The notes under the pieces were generated by a model, which did not search any database, was not told where the DNA came from, and worked only from the letters and a program-made list of their open reading frames with translations. Source: an uncultured Spirochaetota bacterium (GTDB lineage Bacteria > Spirochaetota > Spirochaetia > SZUA-6 > Fen-1364). Taken from it: a stretch of DNA of 64,000 nucleotides. Below are positions 11,913 to 21,106 of the stretch, one piece after another. The translations under genes and the position numbers were made by a program. The stretch is taken from assembly GCA_963781885.1 (NCBI GenBank), contig CAWAHW010000007.1, positions 224,001 through 288,000 of the forward strand, written 5' to 3'. Each line of letters begins with the position of its first letter. Within the stretch, counting starts at the first letter, position 1.

Positions 11913-13569
11913 TTCGACCGCCTTCCACGCGCAGGAGATTCATCCGCCCGATGAGCCGGGTCGTGACGAGATTGACGATGAGGACGATGATCACGAGGAT
12001 CGTGCCCGTTGCAAATGCCTTGTCGAAGGAGATGCCCTCCTTCAAGAGGTAATACAAGTGCACCGACAGCACGCGGGCCGAGGAGCGCAGGCCCTCGACG
12101 AGGCGATAGTCCGTTCCCATCGTGAAGAGGAGCGCCGCGGTCTCACCCACCGCGCGGCCGACCGCGAGAAGGACGCCCGTGAGGATGCCCGGGATCGCCG
12201 CCGGAACGACCACGAGGACCGTCGTCTGCCACTTCGTCGCGCCAAGGGCGAGACTCCCTTCGCGGAGGGCAAGCGGCGCGCCGCGGATCGCCTCCTCGGA
12301 GGTCCGGATGATGGTGGGCAGGAGCATCATCGTCAGGGTGAGGGTTCCCGAGAGGAGCCCGATGCCGAGGTGGAGGAGGGTGACGAAGACGATGAATCCG
12401 AAAAGGCCGAATATGATCGACGGGATTCCCGCGAGCGTCTCGGTGCCGAACCGGAGGATCCTCACGAAAAGCCCCTGGTGCGTGTACTCGGTGAGATAGA
12501 TCGCGGCGCCGACGCCGATCGGGGTCGTGAAAAGCAGCGTGAGAAGGATCATGAGCATGGTGTTGAGGACGATCGTGGACACGCCCCCGACCTTGCCCGC
12601 GCGCCGCGGCTCTTCCAGGAAATAGGCCAGCGTGAGGTTCCGTCGCACCTCGCGGCGCTCCACGCTGAGAATCCTCTCCGGCTGGGACGCCGCGTCGCTC
12701 CAGCCGCAGACCCCCACCGCGCCATCGGTGGCGGCGATGGCCGCCTGCAAGTCCCGCGCGTTCCCGACGACCGTCGCACCGGCCGGCGGCGTTCCGGCAC
12801 CGGGGAGAGCGAGTCGCGCCATCTCCCTGCCCTCCGCGGTCCCGGCTCCCATCGTCACGACGTGCACCGGGAGATTCGGGCCGCCCACCGCGCGCCAGCT
12901 TGCAATGCTGCCGGAGAGCAGCCCTTCTGCCTGGGTCTCCGTGACGGACAGGAGTCTTCGGCCGTCGCGCAGCGCGAGCACCGCGGGGTTGACAATGACG
13001 GAAAGGGCCCGCACGGGGACCAGCTTCACGCCGGGAAGCGTGGCCGCCGCCGTTGCGCTCACCCACCCGATGCCCCCGCGGGTTTCCGCCACCTTCTGCA
13101 GCACGGCCCGAGTGTCCGGCACGGCGACGGCCGTCGGCGACCAATTCGCGCCGTCCCCAAGGAGTGTTGCCTTCACCGCCGCGGGCGGCAGCGGTGAGTC
13201 ACCGGGGAGAAAGACCGTGACGTCCAGGTCCTGGCCGGACAGGTCGCCCCAGCTTGCGGCATCCCCGGTGAAAAGCCCACGGACGTCATCGGCCGTGAGG
13301 TCGCTGACGCGCAGTCCCGCGTTGATGACGACCGAGACGTTTCCCGCGCCGGTCCGCAAAGGGATGGCGATGGCGCCCTTGCCGATAACGGGGTACTCCC
13401 GCGTCGCATCAGAGACCAGGCCGCGGAAGATGATGAAACCGACGATGAACAGGAGGATCCCCATCGTGAGGCCGGCCGCGATCCAGAGCAGCACCCGCAG
13501 CGTGCCATCGGTCTTGCGGACGCGCCGCGTGTAGGGCGAAGGCTGGAAAATGGAGACCCGGTCCTCCAT
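11896..13569 (-). CDS. pstA: Phosphate ABC permease PstA with large insertion of two PstS-like subdomains
   Basis: C-terminal [42 protein letters not shown]; ~270-aa insert resembles PstS domain 2 twice. Confidence 0.92.
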   Translation of the reverse strand: MEDRVSIFQPSPYTRRVRKTDGTLRVLLWIAAGLTMGILLFIVGFIIFRGLVSDATREYPVIGKGAIAIPLRTGAGNVSVVINAGLRVSDLTADDVRGLFTGDAASWGDLSGQDLDVTVFLPGDSPLPPAAVKATLLGDGANWSPTAVAVPDTRAVLQKVAETRGGIGWVSATAAATLPGVKLVPVRALSVIVNPAVLALRDGRRLLSVTETQAEGLLSGSIASWRAVGGPNLPVHVVTMGAGTAEGREMARLALPGAGTPPAGATVVGNARDLQAAIAATDGAVGVCGWSDAASQPERILSVERREVRRNLTLAYFLEEPRRAGKVGGVSTIVLNTMLMILLTLLFTTPIGVGAAIYLTEYTHQGLFVRILRFGTETLAGIPSIIFGLFGFIVFVTLLHLGIGLLSGTLTLTMMLLPTIIRTSEEAIRGAPLALREGSLALGATKWQTTVLVVVPAAIPGILTGVLLAVGRAVGETAALLFTMGTDYRLVEGLRSSARVLSVHLYYLLKEGISFDKAFATGTILVIIVLIVNLVTTRLIGRMNLLRVEGGRNGRSR

Positions 13570-13570
13570 G

Positions 13571-14485
13571 CTACGCCGTCCGGCGGATGGCGCGCCGCGA
13601 GATCGCCATGACGGCGACGTTGAGGATCATGATGAGGACGAAGAGCACCATGCTCGTGGCAAAGAGCGCGGTGAGGTGCAGGCCGGAGGCGTAGCCCATG
13701 TCGGTGACGATATTCATCGTCAGGGTTCTCACCATGGAGAGGGGACCGGTGGGCATGATGGGGGCATTGCCGCCGACCATGAGGACGGCCATGGTCTCGC
13801 CGATGGCGCGGCCGACTCCCAGGACGACACCGGCCATGATGCCGGATCGCGCCGCGGGCAGCAGGATGCGCCCGATGGTCTGCGTGCCCGTCGCGCCCAT
13901 GGCAAGCGAGGCCTCGCGGTATTCCGCCGGCACGCTGCGGATGGAAACCTCCGTGATGCTCACGATCGTCGGGAGGATCATGATGGCGAGGATCACGGCC
14001 GCGGCGAGCGCGCTGTACCCGGTGCCTCCGAAGAGGTTTCGGATGAGCCGTGAAATCACCGCGGCCCCGAAGAAGCCGTAGACGACCGAGGGAATGCCGG
14101 CGAGCAGCTCGACCATCGCGCGCAGGACGCGCGCGAGCCTCCCGGCGGCCACCTCCGCCAGAAAGATGCCGCAGGCAAGGCCGATAGGCACCCCCAGGAG
14201 GAGGGCGCCGAAGGTCACCACCAGCGTGCCGACGATGAAGGAAAGTATTCCGTAGCGGGGATCCGACGTGGAAGCGGGCTGCCAGTTTGTACCGAACAGG
14301 AACTCCCCGACCGGCACCTTCCGGAAAAGCGGCAGCCCTTCCATGAACACGAAGACGGTGATGAAGAGAACGGACAGGATCGAGACCAGCGCGCAGACCA
14401 GCAGCACCTTCTCCTTCGATGACTCGAAAAGCTTTCGGGAGATCATGCCGTCCTGCTTCGTCCGTCGGGGAGTCGACCCTGCCAC
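13571..14485 (-). CDS. pstC: Phosphate ABC permease PstC
   Basis: ELLAGIPSVVYGFFG, GRAIGETMAVLMVGGN. Confidence 0.96.
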   Translation of the reverse strand: MAGSTPRRTKQDGMISRKLFESSKEKVLLVCALVSILSVLFITVFVFMEGLPLFRKVPVGEFLFGTNWQPASTSDPRYGILSFIVGTLVVTFGALLLGVPIGLACGIFLAEVAAGRLARVLRAMVELLAGIPSVVYGFFGAAVISRLIRNLFGGTGYSALAAAVILAIMILPTIVSITEVSIRSVPAEYREASLAMGATGTQTIGRILLPAARSGIMAGVVLGVGRAIGETMAVLMVGGNAPIMPTGPLSMVRTLTMNIVTDMGYASGLHLTALFATSMVLFVLIMILNVAVMAISRRAIRRTA

Positions 14486-14488
14486 CGG

Positions 14489-15358
14489 CTATTTCGGAAG
14501 AGCAATATACCCTTCCTGCTTCACGATCGCCTGTCCCTCGGGTGAGAGAACAAAATCGACGAACGCCTTCTCGACCGTCCCCTCTTTCAGCGGGCCCTTG
14601 GAGACGAAATACAGGTATCGGGAGACGGGATAGGTTTTGTTCAGGACGTTCTTCGTGTTTTCCATGATCCCGTTGACGGAGATTGGCTTGGCGCCATTGC
14701 TTTTTGCCTGATCGAGAAACCCGTCGCCGCAGTAGCCGATGGCATTCGGCGTCGAGCCGACCTTGGTCACCATGTCGCCGTTGGAAGTGACAGTGACGGC
14801 ATTCTTCATGAAATCGGCCTTCGGGTCGCCCTTGGTCGTGTACTCCTTCGAAAAGACGAGATCGACCATCGCGACCCTTGTTCCCGACGCCTCATCGCGC
14901 GTGACGACGACGATCGGCTGATCAGCGCCTCCCACTTCCTTCCAGTTGGTGATCGTCCCGTTGAGGATGTCGGCCACCTGTCTGCGCGTGAGGTCAGCGA
15001 CCGCGACATCATCGTTGACGATGATGGCAAGACCGTCCAGTGCGATCGTGACCGGCACCAGCCCCTTGTCCTTTTCCTCCTGGGTCAGCTCGCGCGACGA
15101 GCCGCCGAGGGAGTAGACGCCGCTCAGGACACCCGTGATGCCGGGGCCCGAGCCCTGCGCGTCGTAGCCGATCTTTGCCTCGGGGAATTTTTTCGCGAAT
15201 GCCTCGATCGCCGAGCGTGCGATGGGATCCACGGTGGTGGAGCCCCCGAACTTGTAGGTCCCCTTGTACCCGGCCGCCGTCCCTTCGCCGGCCCCACTGG
15301 CAAAGGCCGCACCGGCGATCAGGGAAACAGCGATCACGACAAGAAACGCCTTTTTCAC
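14489..15358 (-). CDS. pstS: Phosphate-binding protein PstS
   Basis: GTG start with GAGGAGG RBS, signal peptide, GGSTTV, GSGPG, RDEASGT, YPVSRYLY. Confidence 0.95.
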   Translation of the reverse strand: MKKAFLVVIAVSLIAGAAFASGAGEGTAAGYKGTYKFGGSTTVDPIARSAIEAFAKKFPEAKIGYDAQGSGPGITGVLSGVYSLGGSSRELTQEEKDKGLVPVTIALDGLAIIVNDDVAVADLTRRQVADILNGTITNWKEVGGADQPIVVVTRDEASGTRVAMVDLVFSKEYTTKGDPKADFMKNAVTVTSNGDMVTKVGSTPNAIGYCGDGFLDQAKSNGAKPISVNGIMENTKNVLNKTYPVSRYLYFVSKGPLKEGTVEKAFVDFVLSPEGQAIVKQEGYIALPK

Positions 15359-15401
15359 AGTTTTCCTCCTCTGGATACCGGCGTGTGCGCGCACGCACCG
15401 C

Positions 15402-15758
15402 CTAATGCGCAGGCTGCTGCCCGCCCGCCACGGATTCGATTGCTTCGAGCTCGTTGGAGCTGATCGGCAGGAAGCCGACGAGCTTCGTGAGCTCCAGGAC
15501 GCGCATCACGGGCTTCGCGACGTTCACGAGCCGAAACGACCTGCCCTCCTGCGCGAGCATGGCGTTGACCGACATCAGGGCGCCGACGCCGCTGGAGTCG
15601 ATGTAGGTCGCCTTCTTCAGGCTCAGGATGAAGATGTGGACATGCTTTTCGATCATGCCGCGCACCACGTCCTTCAGCCGGTAGGCGTTGTACAGGTCGA
15701 TCTCGCCGGAGACGTCGATGATGTAGTTCTGCTCGAATTTCCTTATCTTGATGTCCAT
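15402..15758 (-). CDS. STAS anti-sigma-factor antagonist (RsbV/SpoIIAA-like), first gene of the pst operon
   Basis: GEIDLYNA, YIDSSGVG phospho-Ser motif, VLELTKL. Confidence 0.9.
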   Translation of the reverse strand: MDIKIRKFEQNYIIDVSGEIDLYNAYRLKDVVRGMIEKHVHIFILSLKKATYIDSSGVGALMSVNAMLAQEGRSFRLVNVAKPVMRVLELTKLVGFLPISSNELEAIESVAGGQQPAH

Positions 15759-15804
15759 GGCGTCCTCTCTGTGGTGGATACCGGGGCGCATTGCAGAGCG
15801 CGAG

Positions 15805-15821
15805 TGTTAAGGGCGTATGAA
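15805..15821 (-). promoter_or_regulatory. Pho-box-like repeat for the STAS-pstSCAB operon
   Basis: TTCATA-N5-TTAACA on the minus strand; -10-like TGCAAT 9 nt downstream. Confidence 0.65.
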
Positions 15822-15861
15822 AAAAGAACGACTATTCGGTGAATCCGTGCGGGCGCACCAG

Positions 15862-15900
15862 TTAACACAATATTCATGAGCGATTCGTCGTTTCTTAATC
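15862..15900 (+). promoter_or_regulatory. Pho-box-like array for the PP2C gene
   Basis: TTAACA/TTCATG/TTCGTC/TTAATC at 15862, 15873, 15884 and 15895 (11-bp period). Confidence 0.55.
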
Positions 15901-15911
15901 TTTTTCGGGGA

Positions 15912-17177
15912 ATGTCGACGGAAATGATAGAGCCCGTATTCACGGCCGCCGATCTGGATCTCACTGCGCTGGAGACGCCGGAAGAAGTCCCCGAGGAAAC
16001 GAGCATCGACGACCCGCGGCGCATCCTCCATCGGGCTCCCGGGTCCCACCGCCAGGGGGAGGTCATCGCGAAGCTCGCGAGCAGCCGCTACTACGTGCGC
16101 GCGACCGACGACATCGAGGCGCTCGCCGCAGCCATGGACAAGGCGCCGGGGCTCATCGCGGTCGGCGTCGTCGCGGAGACGGGCACGCCGCGCGGGCTCA
16201 TCCTCCGGCGCGAGCTATTCGACCTGCTGGGAAAGCCCTACGGGAGGGAGTTCTACAAGAAGAAGCCCGTTTCCGCGGTCATGCAGACCGCACGCGCGTT
16301 CGGCGACGACACGAGCATCATCGGCGTCGCCGAATCGTTGAAGGAGGAGGTCCGTCAGCTCGACGATACCTATTACCTGCTCGTCGACGGCGCGGGAAGT
16401 TTCAGCGGCATCTTCACGAGCAAGCATCTGCTCATCTACCTCTCGGACACAACCGCGCGGGATATCGCGCTGGCGCAGAGGCTGCAGGCCGCCATCGTGC
16501 GCGAAAGCTTCCGGTTCGAGGATCCGCGCTGCACGATCCTGTGCACATCCCGGATGGCGAAGGAAGTGGGCGGCGACTTCTACACCGTCAAGCGGCTGGA
16601 CGCGCACCGCGTGCTCATGTGCATCTGCGACGTCTCCGGCAAGGGCATCGCGGCCTCCCTCATCACGGCTGTCCTGGGAGGCATCTTCAACACCTATACC
16701 GGCACGCATTCTCTGCAGCCCTTTCTCCGCAGCCTCAACGCGTACCTGTTCGAGACGTTCCGTCTGGACTACTTCGTCACCGGCGTCTTCATGGAGCTGG
16801 ACCTGCGCACGGGACACGCCACGATCTGCGACATGGGGCACTCGTTCGTCCTCGTGCGGGAAAAGACGACCCTGTTTCGTTTGGGCAGGAAAACGTCGAA
16901 TCCGCCGCTCGGGATCGTGGCGGACCTTTCACCGGTCGTGAGCAGCTATTGCTTCCCGAAAGACGGGCTTGCCATCCTTTTCACCGACGGGGTCGTGGAG
17001 CAGACCAGCCGCCGGGGGGCCGAGTACTCACAGGCACGGCTCTGGGGCCTCCTGAAGCGCCACGCCGCCGATTCGCCGGCCGCCCTCGGGGAGGCGCTCA
17101 CGGCGGACTTCGACTCTTTCAAAGGCGATCAGCCGCAGAACGACGACGTGACGTTCATGATCATGAAGTACAACTGA
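15912..17177 (+). CDS. SpoIIE/RsbU-type PP2C phosphatase with N-terminal CBS-pair-like domain
   Basis: VGGDFY, CDVSGKG, FTDGVVE, NDDVT; N-terminal GLILRRELFDLLGKPYG..KPVSAVM is CBS-like. Start uncertain (15876/15912/15924). Confidence 0.88.
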   Translation: MSTEMIEPVFTAADLDLTALETPEEVPEETSIDDPRRILHRAPGSHRQGEVIAKLASSRYYVRATDDIEALAAAMDKAPGLIAVGVVAETGTPRGLILRRELFDLLGKPYGREFYKKKPVSAVMQTARAFGDDTSIIGVAESLKEEVRQLDDTYYLLVDGAGSFSGIFTSKHLLIYLSDTTARDIALAQRLQAAIVRESFRFEDPRCTILCTSRMAKEVGGDFYTVKRLDAHRVLMCICDVSGKGIAASLITAVLGGIFNTYTGTHSLQPFLRSLNAYLFETFRLDYFVTGVFMELDLRTGHATICDMGHSFVLVREKTTLFRLGRKTSNPPLGIVADLSPVVSSYCFPKDGLAILFTDGVVEQTSRRGAEYSQARLWGLLKRHAADSPAALGEALTADFDSFKGDQPQNDDVTFMIMKYN

Positions 17178-17213
17178 GAGGCCCGGCGGGAGCCGCGCCC
17201 GGTTGCGGCGGCG

Positions 17214-17903
17214 TCAGGCGCTCGCGGATCCTGCCGCGCCCGCCTCGGCCGTGGCGCCGGGGGACTCCAGCTTCAACGTGGCCACCGTCTCCGCGTTCGA
17301 GATGCGGATGGAAAAGGCGTCCTGCCCGAAACCAAGACTCTTGAGCATGAACATCATCATGACGAGACCCAGCCCGGCTCCCTCGGTTCCGTCCTCGATG
17401 CTCGTGAATGCCTCCGCAAAGCAGGTGTACTGCCGCGCGACGGCGATCTTCTCCGTAATCCGCGCTTCCTCGGCCGCCGTGAGCGTCACATTGTTGCGCA
17501 CGCTGATGCGCACGCCGTTCCTGAGCTTGCGGAACTGGAACTTCACGTACAGCCCCGCTTTTTTCAGCTTTTCAAGGTACTGGTCGATATGCTCCGTGGT
17601 CTCACGCTTGAAACCCTTCATGCCGCGGGCGTAGTCGCGCGCATCCGCGATGTCGAGCTTGTTCTCAAGGAAATAGAGACGTTTCGTATTCGCCTTCTTG
17701 GCGTTTCCCGCCAGCTCGTGAACGCAATAGCTGAGCTTGTCCTTGATGGCGATCATGCCGGAGGCATCGAGGAAGGCGCCGAGGATGCGGTCGATATGGA
17801 CCCGCTCGTACGGCAGGTACGTCGTCGTCCTGAGCGTGAGAGTCTTCGACTGGGCGATCGCCTCGTGAACGCTGTCCCACAGAGCCCGCCTTCCGCTCGG
17901 CAT
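17214..17903 (-). CDS. Stand-alone GHKL/HATPase-like protein (candidate anti-sigma/Ser kinase)
   Basis: HELAGNAKKAN N-box and GAGLGL G-box; no H-box or dimerisation domain. Confidence 0.7.
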   Translation of the reverse strand: MPSGRRALWDSVHEAIAQSKTLTLRTTTYLPYERVHIDRILGAFLDASGMIAIKDKLSYCVHELAGNAKKANTKRLYFLENKLDIADARDYARGMKGFKRETTEHIDQYLEKLKKAGLYVKFQFRKLRNGVRISVRNNVTLTAAEEARITEKIAVARQYTCFAEAFTSIEDGTEGAGLGLVMMMFMLKSLGFGQDAFSIRISNAETVATLKLESPGATAEAGAAGSASA

Positions 17904-17937
17904 ATCGTGTCCTCCTGGAGCGACAGTGGATGCTTCC

Positions 17938-17976
17938 TGTTAGTATTTGCTTGCGGCAGTCTTAAGAACGGGTTAA
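17938..17976 (-). promoter_or_regulatory. Pho-box-like array for the GHKL gene
   Basis: TTAACC/TTAAGA/GCAAGC/CTAACA at 11-bp period on the minus strand. Confidence 0.6.
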
Positions 17977-17983
17977 TTCCGGT

Positions 17984-18106
17984 CTATTCGCTGCACCGGA
18001 AGAACTTTTCCAGGCACATGACGTGGAGGATCTCCCGGACCCTCGGGTGGACGTCCACGAGCGCTATCCAGCCACCCTTCTCCTCGACCGTGCGCAGAAT
18101 TAACAA
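17984..18106 (-). pseudogene. C-terminal STAS-domain fragment (40 aa), absent from the ORF track
   Basis: Manual translation (TTG)LILRTVEEKGGWIALVDVHPRVREILHVMCLEKFFRCSE* matches the STAS C-terminal pattern GGxxxLvxvxxxVreiLxxxxL. Confidence 0.55.
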
Positions 18107-18123
18107 TCCATTTGTGCGCCGTG

Positions 18124-18752
18124 TCAGGCGCGGGCCGTTTCGTTCATCGCATATTCGTATTTGCTCAGGGGCTCGGGTTCCAGGGTGACGATCGCGGCCG
18201 AGGCTGGCGGCGAAAACGGGCAGGCAGGACGCGTCGGCTCCCGGGCAGCAGCTCCGCCTCGAGGATCCGGTGCGGCCGGTGGCGATGCCTACGGTAATCC
18301 ACGACGCGAAACGAATCGAGACTCAATTCCAGGAGATTGCGGCCCTCTGCCGACACGATGCGCTGCCGGCGAACCTGGCGGATGCGAAACAGAACGACCA
18401 GCGCCCTGCCGCGCGCGTGTTCGTCGACACGACGCCGCAGGGAGGCGGGCCACGCGCGCTGCCCGGGGGAATCGATTTCTTCCTGCAATTCCTCGCGGTC
18501 GTGGATGCTGCCGGTGTCGTTGGAGAGCGACTTCAGCGCAAGCTGCATTTTTTCGCCCCTACGCACCCGGCATGCCCAGCCCGCGCTTTGAAGGTCGCCG
18601 GCGGTCGTGTCGTAGTACGCGTCCTCGACGCGCACGACGCGTGCAGGGCCGAGGGAGAAGTCTCCAACCCGCCGGAGCCTTGCCAGGACGGCCATCGTTC
18701 TTGCGTCGGGGATCTTCAGCTTGAGCTCGATCTCCCTCGTGGGCTTGCTCAT
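18124..18752 (-). CDS. CYTH/TTM-domain protein (inorganic triphosphatase-like), frameshifted near the 3' end
   Basis: EIELKL, DAYYDT..L..AGWACRVR, REELQE; the canonical tail LEPEPLSKYEYA lies in another frame ending at TGA 18124-18126. Confidence 0.85.
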
Positions 18753-18788
18753 TCCAGAATGGTAGCGTGAATGCAGCTTCGAGGCAAG

Positions 18789-18830
18789 TGTTAAGAATCT
18801 GTTAATTCCTTCCTTAGCAAGGATTTACTA
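18789..18830. promoter_or_regulatory. Pho-box-like repeats in the divergent CYTH/ppx promoter
   Basis: Perfect TTAACA-N5-TTAACA on the minus strand (18789-18805); TTAGCA-N5-TTACTA on the plus strand (18814-18830). Confidence 0.7.
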
Positions 18831-20429
18831 GTGACACCGGGCCCATGGACGGTTTATCATGCGTCTGTGGGCGGGACAGAGAAAGCGGCGAAGCTCCCCG
18901 ATTTCCCATTCAAAGTCGCGGCAATCGACATAGGCTCGAACGCTCTGCGCTTCAGCGTCGCGGAGTTCGCCGACGTCGACCGCTTCTCCGTCGTGGAGAC
19001 GGGACGCCAGGCCCTCCGGCTCGGGCATGACGTCTTTCATACCGGGAAGCTCACCGACGAGACGCTCCTGGCAGCGGTTCAGGGGCTGAAGAGTTTTTCG
19101 CAGCGTATCGCGGAGCTCGGCGCGCAGATGTCCGTTGCCATTGCAACGAGCGCCATCCGGGAAAGCGGGAATCAGACTGCATTCCTGCGCATGGTGGACG
19201 AAAAGGCGGGCGTCAAGGTCAAGGTCATCACGGGAAGCGAAGAGGCGCGCCTTGTATACCTGGCAGTGAAGAGCCGCATCCCGCTCGGTGACGACCCGTG
19301 GGTGCTCGTGGAGCTGGGCGGCGGGAGTGTCGAGGTTTCCTTCGCAAACGCGCAGGGTATCCTCTGGAGCGAATCGCACACCATGGGTTCCGTGCGGCTC
19401 TTGGAGGAGCTCACCGGCGATGCGGACGAGCCGGGCCGGTTTGCGCGCCTGCTCACGGAGTACGTGGCGACGCTCCACATTCCGCCCGGCCTGGCCAATC
19501 AGAGGCCGGCCGGCTTCGTCGCAACGGGCGGCAACATCGAATCACTCGCGCGCCTGGCCGCCTGTGAAGAGCGGGAGGACGGGGTGCGGGCCCTGCCCCT
19601 CACGGCGCTGAAAGCGAACATCGTCGCCCTGTCGCGTCTCTCTTTCCGTCAGCGGATGGAGCAGCTCGACCTCCGTGAGGATCGCGCCGACGTCATCCTT
19701 CCGGCCGCGCTGGTCTATGCGCGGCTTGCCGAGCTCGCGCGGGCGGAGACGATCCTCGTGCCGGCCGTGGGAATCAGGGAGGGGCTCATGATCGATCTCG
19801 TGGCAAATCTCTTCCACCACAAGCAGTCCCAGGATTCGCAGAGCCACCTGACCTATGACGCCGCCCTTGCGCTCGGACGCCGCTACCAGTTCGAGGAGGC
19901 GCATGCCGTGCAGGTCTGCCGGCTCGCGCTTTCCCTTTTCGACCAGCTCACGACGCTTCATGAGCTGGGCGAAGAGGAGCGGCGCATGCTCCTGGCCGCG
20001 GCGCTCCTCCACGACACCGGCTTCTACATCAGCTACCAGAGGCATCACAAGCACTCGCAGTACCTGATCACGCAGTCGGAGCTGCCGGGGTTTTCCTCCC
20101 AGGACATGCAGCTCATCGGCATGGTGGCCCGCTACCATCGCAAGAGCGAGCCATCGGACCGGCACGTGGATTACAGCGCGCTGTCGGCGGAGGACCGCAT
20201 GCGCGTGAGCCGGCTCGCCGCGATCATCCGCATCGCGGATGCCCTTGACCGCGAGCATCTGCAGAAGGTGAGGGGCATCCGCCTGGAGATCGGGCCGCAG
20301 ACCGTGGTCGTCCACGTCGATTGCTCGGGCGATTTCCTTCTGGAAACCTGGGGCGTGCAGAAGAAGGCCGACCTCTTCGGCAGGGAATTTCATCGCGGGA
20401 TACGGCTCGCGCTGGAGGGGAGCTCCTGA
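18831..20429 (+). CDS. ppx: Exopolyphosphatase Ppx/GppA with HD domain
   Basis: AIDIGSNALR, ATSAIRE, ITGSEEA, ELGGGSVE, ALLHDTG..HHKHS; start uncertain. Confidence 0.93.
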   Translation: MTPGPWTVYHASVGGTEKAAKLPDFPFKVAAIDIGSNALRFSVAEFADVDRFSVVETGRQALRLGHDVFHTGKLTDETLLAAVQGLKSFSQRIAELGAQMSVAIATSAIRESGNQTAFLRMVDEKAGVKVKVITGSEEARLVYLAVKSRIPLGDDPWVLVELGGGSVEVSFANAQGILWSESHTMGSVRLLEELTGDADEPGRFARLLTEYVATLHIPPGLANQRPAGFVATGGNIESLARLAACEEREDGVRALPLTALKANIVALSRLSFRQRMEQLDLREDRADVILPAALVYARLAELARAETILVPAVGIREGLMIDLVANLFHHKQSQDSQSHLTYDAALALGRRYQFEEAHAVQVCRLALSLFDQLTTLHELGEEERRMLLAAALLHDTGFYISYQRHHKHSQYLITQSELPGFSSQDMQLIGMVARYHRKSEPSDRHVDYSALSAEDRMRVSRLAAIIRIADALDREHLQKVRGIRLEIGPQTVVVHVDCSGDFLLETWGVQKKADLFGREFHRGIRLALEGSS

Positions 20430-21106
20430 TGGACGAAAAGGGCATCACCGGAAAGCTCATCGCCGTGGAGGGCCTCGACGGCTCCGGCAAGACCACGCAG
20501 ATCTATCTTGTCTACCAGTGGCTCCTCGGGCTGGGGTGCAAGGTCTTCTACTCGGAGTGGAACTCGAGCGAGATCGTGAAGGGCGCGACGAAACGCGGGA
20601 AGAAGAAGCAGCTCCTCACGCCCACGACTTTCAGCCTCATCCACGCCACCGATTTCGCCGACCGCTACGAGCGGCAGATCCTGCCGATGCTGAAGGGCGG
20701 CTACATCGTGCTGTGCGACCGCTACGCGTACACCGCTTACGCGCGCGATTCGGTGCGGGGGTGCGACCCGGCGTGGCTGCGCGAGATGTACAGTTTTGCG
20801 ATCCGGCCCGACATCGTCTTCTATTTCCAGGTGCCGCTGGAGATCGCCATCAACAGGATCCTCGCCGGCCGGGCCGAGCTGAAATACTTCGAGGCGGGCA
20901 TGGACCTGCACCTGTCGCCCGACATCAAGGAAAGCTTCCGCCTTTTCCAGCGCATGGTGAAGAACGCCTATGACGGGATGGTGGACGAACAGGGCTTCTC
21001 GGTGATCGACGCGACGAAGAGCATCCCGGATCAGCAGGAGGTCGTGCGCTCCTCCATCCTGGAGCGCATCGATCTCGCGCGGTATCGGGCCAAGGTGAGA
21101 CAATGA
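20429..21106 (+). CDS. Thymidylate-kinase-like protein 1
   Basis: EGLDGSGKTT P-loop, DRY motif, EAGMDL; TGATG coupling to ppx. Confidence 0.88.
   Translation: MDEKGITGKLIAVEGLDGSGKTTQIYLVYQWLLGLGCKVFYSEWNSSEIVKGATKRGKKKQLLTPTTFSLIHATDFADRYERQILPMLKGGYIVLCDRYAYTAYARDSVRGCDPAWLREMYSFAIRPDIVFYFQVPLEIAINRILAGRAELKYFEAGMDLHLSPDIKESFRLFQRMVKNAYDGMVDEQGFSVIDATKSIPDQQEVVRSSILERIDLARYRAKVRQ

Noticed and set aside
18100-18105. Isolated TTAACA as a Pho box
   Set aside because: No partner hexamer at 11-bp spacing
20429-21106. Gene symbol tmk
   Set aside because: Paired paralogues in polyP context; dTMP kinase function is not supportable
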